The notes below the pieces were generated by a model, which had not been told where the DNA came from, did not search any database, and saw nothing but the letters and a program-made list of their open reading frames with translations. A stretch of 64,000 bases of DNA from Phycisphaerae bacterium (GTDB lineage Bacteria > Planctomycetota > Phycisphaerae > SM23-33): positions 18,333-82,332 of the forward strand of contig DRGC01000051.1 of assembly GCA_011050235.1 (NCBI GenBank), in the 5' to 3' direction. Made by a program: the position numbers and the translations under genes. Below are positions 17,461 through 26,453 of this stretch, one piece after another; within the stretch, counting starts at the first letter, position 1, and each line of letters starts with the position of its first letter.

Positions 17461-18659
17461 GACGCCGCTGGTCCTCTCAGAAAATCGATCGCCTTCTCGA
17501 TCAGGCCCGGGTCCATCTGGTGGACCTCGGTCTTTCGCCCGATGCCGTCCGGCAGCGTAATCGTCAGCCGGCCGCCCAGATGCTCGCGGAACTGTTCCAG
17601 CCCTTCGAGCACCTCCAGCGTGCCGTCAACGGCTCGGCGGTCGAGCAGGTCGTCCCAGATCGGCAATCCGCACGCCGTCAAGCCATCGAGGATTCGTTGC
17701 AGGTCACCGTCGTCGATCAGGCCTACTTGTCGGGCGTAATGGGAATCGACCGCGATGCCGATCGCTGCCGCCTGGCCGTGGCCGATGGTGTAGTCGCTCA
17801 TCGTCTCCAGGCGATGGCCGAGCCAGTGGCCGAAGTCCAGGGGCCTGGCCGAGCCGAACTCGAACGGGTCGCCGCCGGAGCAGATGTGCTCCAGGTGCAG
17901 CAGCGCGCAACGGCGGATGGTCTGCTCCATGGCGGCTGAATCACGCTGATCAAGGGCGCGGGCGTGGTCGCAGAGATAATCGAAGAAGGCGGCATCCTTG
18001 ATGATGGCGACCTTGAACGCCTCGGCCACACCGCCGATCCAATCACGCTGGCTGAGTGTGGCCAGGAAGTCGAAATCGTTTAGCACCGCAAATGGCGGGG
18101 CGAACGTACCGACGAAGTTCTTCTGGCCGTGCTCGTCCATCCCGTTCTTGACGCCCACGCCGCCGTCATTTTGGGCCAGCGTGGTTGTCGGCACGCGGAC
18201 CAGCCGCAGGCCGCGATGCACGATCGACGCGGCAAAGCCGACCATATCCAGCATCGCCCCGCCGCCGATGGCGATCACGAAGCTCTGCCGATCCAGGTGC
18301 GCACTGCCGATGGACCACATGACCTCGCGCACGACAGTCCAGCCGTTCTTGGCCACCTCGCCGCCGGGGAGGACCGTGATCGTCGCCAGCTCCATGCCGT
18401 CCGGATGGGCGTGAAAGTACTCCTTAATCCGATGCTGAAGGTCCGGATGGGCCTGATCCACGCCGGCGTCGATGGCGATCATCGCACGATGTCGCCTCCG
18501 CTCGCCAAGGCGGTCCAGCACATCCGCCAGCAGCGGATTGTCCGCAGCGAAGACATCTCGCGTGAAGATGACCGGGAACTCGAAGGTCACGGTCAGCGAC
18601 TGCTGGTAGGTCTCCGCGGTGTGCGGCGACGGATTATTCGTGTCGGCAACGGGGGTCAA
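17457..18659 (-). CDS. 3-dehydroquinate synthase family protein (EboD-like / sugar phosphate cyclase-like)
   Basis: DHQS-fold motifs: GGGAMLDMVGFAASIVHRGLRLVRVPTTTLAQNDGGVGVKNGMD and metal-binding His region HWLGHRLE...HGQAAAIGIA. Confidence 0.8.
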   Translation of the reverse strand: MTPVADTNNPSPHTAETYQQSLTVTFEFPVIFTRDVFAADNPLLADVLDRLGERRRHRAMIAIDAGVDQAHPDLQHRIKEYFHAHPDGMELATITVLPGGEVAKNGWTVVREVMWSIGSAHLDRQSFVIAIGGGAMLDMVGFAASIVHRGLRLVRVPTTTLAQNDGGVGVKNGMDEHGQKNFVGTFAPPFAVLNDFDFLATLSQRDWIGGVAEAFKVAIIKDAAFFDYLCDHARALDQRDSAAMEQTIRRCALLHLEHICSGGDPFEFGSARPLDFGHWLGHRLETMSDYTIGHGQAAAIGIAVDSHYARQVGLIDDGDLQRILDGLTACGLPIWDDLLDRRAVDGTLEVLEGLEQFREHLGGRLTITLPDGIGRKTEVHQMDPGLIEKAIDFLRGPAAS

Positions 18660-18683
18660 TAGCTTCTCCTGCCGGTGCGGGCA

Positions 18684-19955
18684 TCATGCATTCAACCATG
18701 TTCTGACCGCCCCGGCCAGTTCGATCAGGTCACCGGGCCGGCTATCGAGCGTCAGCGTCGTCGCCCAGACGACCTCTCGCCCGTCGCCGATCCGGCCGTG
18801 CGAGCCGCGGATGCGGGCCGTGTTCTGCGAGACGCTCATCGGAGGCCAGCCGAAGAAAAGTTCGCACGGGTCGAAGCCGGGCTTGTTATGGATGTCGACG
18901 TGGCCGGCGTAGTCGGGCCCCTGTCGCTTGTCCGTCCACCACGGATAGGCCAACCACTTGCCCGGCTTGGCCACGGCGATCAGTTCGCCGCTGTTGGGGT
19001 GGGCGGCCCCAACGGCGGCCTGGGCATCTCGATCCAGCACCTCGGCGATGCCGTCGAGCGATTCCAACACGTCGCGGACGGCCGGGAGATGCTCCTCGGC
19101 CGAAACGTAGACGTGCGCGACCTCGTGGTCGACCATCGCAAATGCCCGCGAGGCGTAGAAGTCCGGGTACACCATCGAGTCTATCTGCCGCACAGCAAGC
19201 ATTCCCGCCTCGGCCAGTGCACGGTTGGGAAGCACGGCCCCACTGACGGCAGCGACCGCGTAGTCGCCGAAGACCAACACCTCATAGCCCGCTCGCCCGG
19301 CCGCCGCCAGGAGCAACTGAAGTTGACGGCTCAGAGCGGCCGCCGCTCTGTCGCTGCGCGGGTCGTCGGGCCCCCACCGCTGCAGATCGTAATCCAGCGT
19401 CGGCAAGTAGGTCATCAGCAGGTCCGGCGCGACCGACTCGTCGGCCATCACGGCTGCGGTGGCGTCGGCGATCCAGTCCCCGGCCTTGGTCGACGCCATC
19501 GGCCCCCAGTAGTGTCGCAGCTTGAACCGCCGCCCGACCGTCTCGCACAGGCGGTCGTAAAGATCGGCTGGCCTGGCGTAGCAGCTCTCGACCATCCCGC
19601 CATGGTGTTTGTGGATCGGCGCGGGCGAGAGGATCAGGTCCACATCCTCGCCGAGGCTCTGCTGCCAGAACATCAGCCCCACCTTCCGACCGGCCCGGCG
19701 AAAGTCGCGCCAGATACGGTCGCCCCGGACCAGACCGGACGACTGCTCCCAGAACATGGGCTTTCGCAGCGACCGGGCGAACAGGCCGTTGGCGATCATG
19801 CCGTGACTCGACGGCGGACAGGCTGTCCGGAAGCTCGCCTGAACGGTGCACGTCAGCGCCGGAAAGACGCTGCCGATCGGGCGAAACTCAAGCCCGTCCA
19901 CGTTCGGTGGGCGCGACAGCGCAGCCGCCTGGATGACGAGTAGCTTGGTTGCCAT
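18684..19955 (-). CDS. Alkaline phosphatase superfamily nucleotide pyrophosphatase/phosphodiesterase (EboF-like)
   Basis: 423-aa type I phosphodiesterase/AP-like core (LVFGDY..., HGMIANG-type metal ligands). Position within the ebo-like operon. Confidence 0.7.
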   Translation of the reverse strand: MATKLLVIQAAALSRPPNVDGLEFRPIGSVFPALTCTVQASFRTACPPSSHGMIANGLFARSLRKPMFWEQSSGLVRGDRIWRDFRRAGRKVGLMFWQQSLGEDVDLILSPAPIHKHHGGMVESCYARPADLYDRLCETVGRRFKLRHYWGPMASTKAGDWIADATAAVMADESVAPDLLMTYLPTLDYDLQRWGPDDPRSDRAAAALSRQLQLLLAAAGRAGYEVLVFGDYAVAAVSGAVLPNRALAEAGMLAVRQIDSMVYPDFYASRAFAMVDHEVAHVYVSAEEHLPAVRDVLESLDGIAEVLDRDAQAAVGAAHPNSGELIAVAKPGKWLAYPWWTDKRQGPDYAGHVDIHNKPGFDPCELFFGWPPMSVSQNTARIRGSHGRIGDGREVVWATTLTLDSRPGDLIELAGAVRTWLNA

Positions 19956-19981
19956 AGTGAACCGCCAGCGAAAGGGCTATT

Positions 19982-20833
19982 CTAGCTCGACGCGAACCGC
20001 CTTGCCAGCAGCCCGCTGACCGCCCAGGCCGCCAGCAGGCCCGCTGCGACCCAGGATCCTTCACCTACCGCAACCCCCACCAGGGCGGCTTGAATCGGCA
20101 GTAGCCCGCGCACCCACATCCCGATGGTTTGGCCGACCCGTTGTGGCTGGCAAATCCCGCCCAACCGCCAGCCGCACAGTAGGCTCCAGATGATGGCCAC
20201 GTCGGACACGGCTATCGCGCCCAGCAGCAGGGGTAACAAATGCGCCGATACCGTTGTCACCGCGTAGAGATGGAGGGCGCCGAACCCCACCACCAGCGTC
20301 ATCGCCGGGAGCCAACGAATCGGGCCGATGCGCGTGGCGGTTGTTTCCTTTTGGGCGATGGCGGTGACGGCGGCGACGTAGGCGAACAGCACCCAGCCGG
20401 CCGTGATGTAGAGCGGCGCCAGCACCGAGGCCCAACCCCCAACGGCCGAAGCGCCGACCAGTAGACTGACCGCACGACACAGGCCCATATTGATGGGACC
20501 GAGGACACGAACGCGGCTGGTGACGTGATTGTAGAGTGTGATCAGCACCAGAAGGGCGAATGCCAGATGACACGTCGCCGCCACGCGCGTCGCGCCGGCG
20601 GCCGCCATCGCCAACACGGCCAGGACGCACAGAACAAGCCGCGCAGATCCTCCGCTGACCGTGCCGCTAGGCAGGGGACGCTCAGGGCGATGGCGGGAGT
20701 CGTCGGCGACATGCGCCAGGTCGTTTTGGATCAGCCCGGCCGCATAGAGCAGCACGCTCACCGCAACGGCTGGGGCCAGTCGCCACCACCGAACATTGCC
20801 GCCGGCCATGCTCGCCAGCAGGAACCCAGCCAT
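19982..20833 (-). CDS. UbiA family prenyltransferase (EboC-like)
   Basis: Multi-TM protein with UbiA Asp-rich region (LIQNDLAHVADDSRHRPERPLPSG). Trimmed to the first convincing Met (MAGFLLASMAGG); the 127-aa ORF-track N-extension is Arg/Pro-rich and overlaps the upstream gene. True start uncertain. Confidence 0.7.
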   Translation of the reverse strand: MAGFLLASMAGGNVRWWRLAPAVAVSVLLYAAGLIQNDLAHVADDSRHRPERPLPSGTVSGGSARLVLCVLAVLAMAAAGATRVAATCHLAFALLVLITLYNHVTSRVRVLGPINMGLCRAVSLLVGASAVGGWASVLAPLYITAGWVLFAYVAAVTAIAQKETTATRIGPIRWLPAMTLVVGFGALHLYAVTTVSAHLLPLLLGAIAVSDVAIIWSLLCGWRLGGICQPQRVGQTIGMWVRGLLPIQAALVGVAVGEGSWVAAGLLAAWAVSGLLARRFASS

Positions 20834-20925
20834 CGGGTCGCCGGGGACGGTCAACAAGTTCGGCAGGCGGAGCAGTTGACACCAAGCTGACAGGCGCCAG
20901 CGGCGGGGATGTTCGTCTGCCGCGT

Positions 20926-21762
20926 TCAGCGTTGGAACTCCCGCGGATCCATGGGCTGGATGTCGAAGTCGGGCTGCCAGTTGGGCGATTGGCTGTAGAA
21001 CGCCGTCGCGTTGTCGAACACGAGGCGACTGATGGTCTGCTCGTCGTGGCCGTCGCCCTGCATGGTGTCGACCACCTTCACGAGGCTCAGCGGGTCGGAG
21101 ATCCCCCAGTCGGCCGACCCGTTGACGATCATGCGATCCGAGCCGAACGTGCGGATGATGTCGCTGACGCGCTGGGGGGTGAGCTTGGAGATCGGGTAGA
21201 CCGTCATCCCGCACCAGCAGTCGGTCGCCCGGGCGACGGGCATGGTCTCCTCAGTGTTGTGGTCGATGATAATCTTGCCCTGGTCAAGCCCCTCGGCCCG
21301 GACGATCTCGACAATGCGCTTCGTGCCGCGGAGTTTGTCCACGTGCGGGGTGTGGACGATGATGGGCATCTCGCGGGCGGCGGCGATGTGAAGCTGCTGC
21401 ACGAACGCCCGCTCCTCGTTGGCCGTGATGTTGTTAAAGCCGATCTCGCCCAGCGCCACGCAGCGCTGGTGGTCGAGATACTCGCCCATCCCGGCCAGCA
21501 CCTCATCGACCAGGCCCGGATCGTCGGCCTCCTTGGGGTTGACGGCCACGGTGGCGTAGTGATCGATCCCGAACCGCCGCGATCGGACGGTCTCGAACTC
21601 CAGGATCAGCCGGAAGTAGTCGAAGAATGTCCCGGCGTATCGGCGATTGCTCCCCAGCCAGAACGACGGCTCGACACACGCCCGGATGCCGGCGGCGTAC
21701 ATCGCCTGGTAATCGTCCGTCGTGCGCGAATACATGTGAATATGCGGTTCAATGATCGTCAT
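20926..21762 (-). CDS. TatD family metal-dependent hydrolase (EboB-like)
   Basis: Starts MTIIEPHIHMY (TatD HxH metal motif at the N-terminus); VHTPH and DHNTEE motifs follow. ATG at 21760-21762. Confidence 0.8.
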   Translation of the reverse strand: MTIIEPHIHMYSRTTDDYQAMYAAGIRACVEPSFWLGSNRRYAGTFFDYFRLILEFETVRSRRFGIDHYATVAVNPKEADDPGLVDEVLAGMGEYLDHQRCVALGEIGFNNITANEERAFVQQLHIAAAREMPIIVHTPHVDKLRGTKRIVEIVRAEGLDQGKIIIDHNTEETMPVARATDCWCGMTVYPISKLTPQRVSDIIRTFGSDRMIVNGSADWGISDPLSLVKVVDTMQGDGHDEQTISRLVFDNATAFYSQSPNWQPDFDIQPMDPREFQR

Positions 21763-21902
21763 ATTGCAGACTTTCAAGGAAAGACCCCGCCATGCCAGGC
21801 GGGGGTCCCTATCTATCAACCTTCGCCGCCCCCTTGTCAAGAACGGGGGCCAGTGGCATACAATAGCCCCGGCCGGCGAATCGCCGGGCCCAAGCACAGG
21901 AG

Positions 21903-22688
21903 ATGATCATGATGACGACCGATCCGGCTGACAATCCGCAAGTGGCGCAGGTGGCCGAGGGACTTTGGGTGCGCGTGGAGGTCGACACCATCGGCTGGAT
22001 CGACATGGGTGAGTGGGCGGTCGTGATCGATACGCATGAAAGCCGAAGCATTAAGGACGATCTGTTCGCCGCGATCGCTGAGACGATCGGCGATAAGCCC
22101 GTTCGCACCGTGATCAACACCCACACGCACTATGACCATGTCCGCCTGAACCGGGCGTTCCAAAAGAAGTACGACTCCGAGATCGTCAACCAGAAGACCA
22201 CGACAATCCCACCGGATGGCCTGTGGATCGACGGGTCGAAGCGCCGCCTCCTTGTCCAGCCGATGGTGGGCTGTCACACCGACAAGGACTGCGTGATCTG
22301 GCTGCCCGACTGCAAGGTCCTCTTTATCGGCGATATCTTCGGCTGGGGGCTGATCAACCTGATGGGCCGGCTGACGGAGCGTTCAGCCCGGGATATTCTG
22401 GCAGCTCATGACAAAACGATGGCTATCGGGGCCGAGACCATCGTCCCCGGCCACGGGCCGATGTGCACCAACGCCGAACTCGCCCGCTGGGTGGAGTACT
22501 TCAAGTGGCTGCACGGGGAGGTGCTGGCCGCCATGGATGCCGGCAAGAAGGACAAGGACATCATGCGCGACGTCGCCCCGCCGGCCGACATGCACGACTG
22601 GTGGCGATTCGTGCAGTGGAAACACGAGCACAGCGTCGACCGCATGATCAAGGCCATCCGCAAAGGCTGGCGCGAGTTTCCCTCGTAG
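21903..22688 (+). CDS. MBL-fold metallo-hydrolase
   Basis: HxHxDH motif (INTHTHYDH) plus downstream His/Asp ligands (PGHGP). Divergently transcribed from the ebo-like operon, with the AGGAG RBS next to the start ATGs. Confidence 0.75.
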   Translation: MIMMTTDPADNPQVAQVAEGLWVRVEVDTIGWIDMGEWAVVIDTHESRSIKDDLFAAIAETIGDKPVRTVINTHTHYDHVRLNRAFQKKYDSEIVNQKTTTIPPDGLWIDGSKRRLLVQPMVGCHTDKDCVIWLPDCKVLFIGDIFGWGLINLMGRLTERSARDILAAHDKTMAIGAETIVPGHGPMCTNAELARWVEYFKWLHGEVLAAMDAGKKDKDIMRDVAPPADMHDWWRFVQWKHEHSVDRMIKAIRKGWREFPS

Positions 22689-22741
22689 GCGTCTTCGAAC
22701 CGCGCCGTCCAGGCGCCCCATACATCCAATTATCGAACCGC

Positions 22742-22826
22742 AGCGCGGCGGATTTCCCAATCCGCCGCGTCGATAACCGCGCCGTCTCTACGAAAAACGT
22801 GGCGGATTAGGAAATCCGCCACGCTG
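22742..22826. repeat. Double-hairpin intergenic element (different sequence family from the GGGTGCCACGCTT REP)
   Basis: gcggcggatttcccaatccgccgc ... cgtggcggattaggaaatccgccacg. Lies between convergent MBL and sulfatase genes; a likely bidirectional terminator. Confidence 0.5.
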
Positions 22827-22841
22827 GGATTTGGGACACTC

Positions 22842-24383
22842 TCAGTGCACGCCCAGTGCGAACAAGCTCCGTCGCGTCTTGGGGTAGTCCTGCATGATGA
22901 TCAGCTCCAGGAGTTGATCGCGCAGGAGCTGGCGCACTTTCGCGAAGACGGGATCGGCGGCGAGATTGTTCTGCTCTTGCGGGTCGGCTTGCAGATCAAA
23001 CAGTTGCTCGCCGTTGTTGCAGGCGAAGAGCGTGTAGCGGTATTGGTGCGTGCGAATCGTTCGCGCCCAGTCAGCGGGGTTCATCGACCAGACCGCGTTG
23101 AAGCTTCCGACATATGCGGCCGACCGCCAGTCGGAGACGGTCTCGCCACGACACAGCGGCAGCAGGGATTTGCCCGGCAGGACGGGGATCGTGTCGGCCT
23201 TGTCGGCGAAATCCGGGCCCATGGTCGGCATCAGCGGCAGGCGCTGGCCGGTCGCGTCGAGCACGGTCGGGCAGATGTCTTCGAGCTGGACCATCTCGTC
23301 GCGGACAACTCCCTTCTGCAGGCCCGGCCCCGCGATCATCAGCGGGATGCGGATGCAGGCGTCGTAGTGGTGCTCTTCCTTGCCCCGCAGGCCGTGATCG
23401 CCCAGCATCTCGCCGTGATCGGACGTGAAGATGATGAAGGTGTTGTCAATCCGGCCGGCGTCTTGAAGCGCGTCCAGCACCTTTCCCAACTGGTCGTCCA
23501 GATGCGCGATGTCGGCGAAGTAATACCGACGACATCCTTCCATGTACCTTGGTTTTTCGACCTGGCGGTAGTAGGCGGGCGCGTCGGGATTGTCGAACCA
23601 CTCGGCCGGGGCGATCTCGGGGATCTTGCTCTCATCGACGCGGTCCAAATACTCAGCCGGCGGGTGGAATGGGCCATGCGGCTGAACGTAGCTAACCTGG
23701 ACCAGCAGCGGCTGATCGGCCGGCGTTTCGCAGATGAACTCCAGCGCGTGGCGCGTGATCCACTCCGTCTGTGACACCTCCGCCGGGAACGGCAGCGGAT
23801 ACCACCCCCCGGATGTGCCCGGCAAGCCCTCCCGCGCGCGTCGGATTCGCTCGGCCAGGTCGACCTTGTCCGGCCCGTACTCGGCGTACCAGGGGATATG
23901 ACTCGCCCAGATGGTGGCCAAGACGTTATCGAACTGATCGGGATGCTCAGCCGCCACCCAGTCCAGCCATTCGCCGCCGCGAGCGTCCTCGGTGTTGTGC
24001 ACCACGTCGAAGCCGTACGCGCGGTAGTTGTCGTTCAGGTGCGAGTCGCGGTAATGGCTGCGGAAGTGCAGTTTGCCCAGCGCGCCGGTCCGCCACCCGC
24101 CCTGCTGCAGCGCATGCATGAAGGTCGGCAATTCCGGCGACAGCTCGTAGCCGTTCTCGATCACCCCATGCCCGCGCGAGGTCAGACCCGTCGCGATCGT
24201 CGACCGCGCCGGCTGACAGACAGGATTGGAGGTGAAGGCGTTACTGAACATCACCCCGCGCGCCGCCAGGCGCTCGATGTTCGGAACAGGCACAGCTCCT
24301 GCCCTCGCCGCCTCCAGCCACCGAGCCGAAAGCTGGTCCACCATAAACAGCACCACGTTGGGCGCCGAGTTCTTCTGTTTCAT
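22842..24383 (-). CDS. Formylglycine-dependent sulfatase (arylsulfatase family, Cys-type)
   Basis: N-terminal PNVVLFMVDQL, the sulfatase signature CQPARSTIATG (C-x-P-x-R), and C-terminal GDHG and GKxxxYD motifs. No obvious signal peptide. Confidence 0.85.
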   Translation of the reverse strand: MKQKNSAPNVVLFMVDQLSARWLEAARAGAVPVPNIERLAARGVMFSNAFTSNPVCQPARSTIATGLTSRGHGVIENGYELSPELPTFMHALQQGGWRTGALGKLHFRSHYRDSHLNDNYRAYGFDVVHNTEDARGGEWLDWVAAEHPDQFDNVLATIWASHIPWYAEYGPDKVDLAERIRRAREGLPGTSGGWYPLPFPAEVSQTEWITRHALEFICETPADQPLLVQVSYVQPHGPFHPPAEYLDRVDESKIPEIAPAEWFDNPDAPAYYRQVEKPRYMEGCRRYYFADIAHLDDQLGKVLDALQDAGRIDNTFIIFTSDHGEMLGDHGLRGKEEHHYDACIRIPLMIAGPGLQKGVVRDEMVQLEDICPTVLDATGQRLPLMPTMGPDFADKADTIPVLPGKSLLPLCRGETVSDWRSAAYVGSFNAVWSMNPADWARTIRTHQYRYTLFACNNGEQLFDLQADPQEQNNLAADPVFAKVRQLLRDQLLELIIMQDYPKTRRSLFALGVH

Positions 24384-24400
24384 CTTTCAGCTTTCCGTTT

Positions 24401-25444
24401 TCAGCTTTCAGCTTTGTCGAACTTCACGCCTAGTTTCACGCACTCGTTGGGGTGGCTTATGATGCGCGGGTAGGCGGTCATGAGATCGTCGAACGTCACG
24501 ACCGGATCGACCACGCTCTCGCCGCTCAGTCGCCCGTCGACCAGCATGTCCCAGCAGACCTCGACGATGCGGGTCTCGTCCCATCGCGGGTGATCGCGGC
24601 TGGGATCGCTGCAGGCGCGGGCGAAGATGATGTTCGGCCGATTCCAGTGGGCCTCGGTGCCGAAGTCCAATGTCTTCTCATACGGCGGCGGCCACGAGCC
24701 GGCCACCACGTTGCCGCCAAATGCCACGCACCGCAGCGCCGCCTGCATGCCGTCGACGTTGGAACTGAAGTCGATGGCCACGTCGACGCCGCGCTTACCG
24801 GTGACTTTCTTGATTTCGATGCCGACGTCGCAGTCGGTGGGGTCGAAGACCATATCGGCCCCGCACTCGACGGCTGCCCGGCGGCGGCGCTCAAGCGGAT
24901 CGACCGAGATCACCGGACACGCGCCGGAGAGCTTGGCCAGTTGGACCGTCATCAGCCCGATGGCCCCGGCCCCGAGGACAGCGACGGCGTCGCCCACGCG
25001 GACGTTACCGTCCCGCACCGCTCCCATCGCGAAGTCAGCGGGGTCCAGGCAGACGGCCGACTTCCAGCTCATCTCCTCAGGCACGGCTTTGACCCACTCG
25101 GCCTCGAAGTCGTGGACCTCGCCGAAGGCCGCGTGGGCACAGATGCGGTCTCCGATCTCAAACCGGGTGACGTCCAAAGCCTTTTCGATCACCGGCCCGA
25201 CCAACATGTTGCCGACGATCGTAGACTCGGGGCGCTCGCTCGGCCCGCCGTGCATGAAGACGCCCAGCTCCCCGTCGATGGGAAAACGGTCGTAGCCGTA
25301 GCCGTTGACCATGGATGTTTCCGAGCCGTGCTTCGGCGCGGCGAACTCGCTTTGTACCCGAATCATCCCGGGCGCAAGAGGTCCCAGCTCGTATTCCCGC
25401 ATCTCCATCTGGGTTGGCGAAAGAGCGACGATGGTTCGTGGCAT
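24401..25444 (-). CDS. Zinc-binding dehydrogenase (MDR superfamily, sorbitol/threonine-DH-like)
   Basis: GxGxxG motif VLGAGAIGLMTVQLAK and conserved Cys/His region. 347 aa. Confidence 0.75.
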   Translation of the reverse strand: MPRTIVALSPTQMEMREYELGPLAPGMIRVQSEFAAPKHGSETSMVNGYGYDRFPIDGELGVFMHGGPSERPESTIVGNMLVGPVIEKALDVTRFEIGDRICAHAAFGEVHDFEAEWVKAVPEEMSWKSAVCLDPADFAMGAVRDGNVRVGDAVAVLGAGAIGLMTVQLAKLSGACPVISVDPLERRRRAAVECGADMVFDPTDCDVGIEIKKVTGKRGVDVAIDFSSNVDGMQAALRCVAFGGNVVAGSWPPPYEKTLDFGTEAHWNRPNIIFARACSDPSRDHPRWDETRIVEVCWDMLVDGRLSGESVVDPVVTFDDLMTAYPRIISHPNECVKLGVKFDKAES

Positions 25445-25548
25445 GATGTGGTTCCTTTATCTCTTGTTGGGTGGCGGGGCTCCCGTCCCGCCACCTCTGA
25501 CGACTTCCGCGACGCGGCGGGACAGGAGCCCCGCCGCGCTACTATCAG

Positions 25549-26340
25549 TCACACTTCAATGACCTCAATATCCTGCATGCTGCCTAGGATACCATCCGCC
25601 CATTTGATGTATTTGATCTTCTCGGGCTTGTGGCCCAGCATCCGCGAGCCGACGGCGTCAACGGCAACCGGATCGACGCCGGCCAGGATGACGCCGAACT
25701 CCTTGGGATCGCCGTGCAGGTGTGCGCCGGTCAGACCCACCGCGGCATCGACCACGCACAGGTCCGGCCGCTTGTAGCAGCAGATATCGACCACGCACCC
25801 GTGCGTCGACGGCGAATGCAGATCGGACTTGTTCCACGCGCCTCGATAATGCGGCGCCGACGCGAGGCCGAAGAAGTTTTTCATCGAGACGGAGGTCGTC
25901 GTCATGCTATGGTCCTTCAGCACCGGCAGCGAGATGATAAAGGCATCGACACAGACGGCCGGCATGAAGAACTCTTTGAGCACCCGCGCATCGTCGCGCG
26001 TCAGGCGGACCTCCGGGGCGGTGTTGAAGTCGATCAGCCGAATGCCCTTCCGCTGGGCGAGGTCTTGATAGCCGCGATCGGCAAACAGGTCGCCCGTCTC
26101 CCCCTGCCCGCAGCCTTCGCCGATGACGACCTCGGCGTCGCAGTGGGCTCGCACGTAATCGATCACCGCTTCAGCCGCGGCAACGTTCGTCGTCACCGGC
26201 GGCGGGCGATTGATGGTGAGGTTCGGCTTGATGATGATCAGCCGGTCGTCAGGCAGCAGTTCAGCCGCGCCGATGGCGTCCAACGCATTCGAAACGCTCG
26301 TCGCGTAATCCGTAAACTGAGCTTTCGCGACTGTGCTCAT
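25549..26340 (-). CDS. DUF362 domain protein
   Basis: Start set at MSTVAKAQF (ATG at 26338-26340); the ORF-track extension to 26442 is the translated REP element. Cys-containing DUF362-type core. Confidence 0.65.
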   Translation of the reverse strand: MSTVAKAQFTDYATSVSNALDAIGAAELLPDDRLIIIKPNLTINRPPPVTTNVAAAEAVIDYVRAHCDAEVVIGEGCGQGETGDLFADRGYQDLAQRKGIRLIDFNTAPEVRLTRDDARVLKEFFMPAVCVDAFIISLPVLKDHSMTTTSVSMKNFFGLASAPHYRGAWNKSDLHSPSTHGCVVDICCYKRPDLCVVDAAVGLTGAHLHGDPKEFGVILAGVDPVAVDAVGSRMLGHKPEKIKYIKWADGILGSMQDIEVIEV

Positions 26341-26357
26341 GCGCACACCTCCAACTC

Positions 26358-26436
26358 GGGTGCCACGCTTCTGCTCGCAGAAGCGTGCTGAGTATGAGAA
26401 CGCGAGCACGCTTTCACAAGTGAAAGCGTGGCACCC
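26358..26436. repeat. REP-like double-hairpin element, copy 2
   Basis: gggtgccacgcttctgctcgcagaagcgtgctgagtatgagaacgcgagcacgctttcacaagtgaaagcgtggcaccc. Confidence 0.7.
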
Positions 26437-26453
26437 AGGCACAGCTTTGCCAC

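Noticed and set aside
19982-21214. 410-aa version of the UbiA (EboC-like) gene starting at 21214
   Set aside because: The first 127 aa are Arg/Pro/His-rich, lack TM helices, and overlap the upstream TatD-like gene by ~290 bp; trimmed to the first hydrophobic Met-initiated UbiA core.
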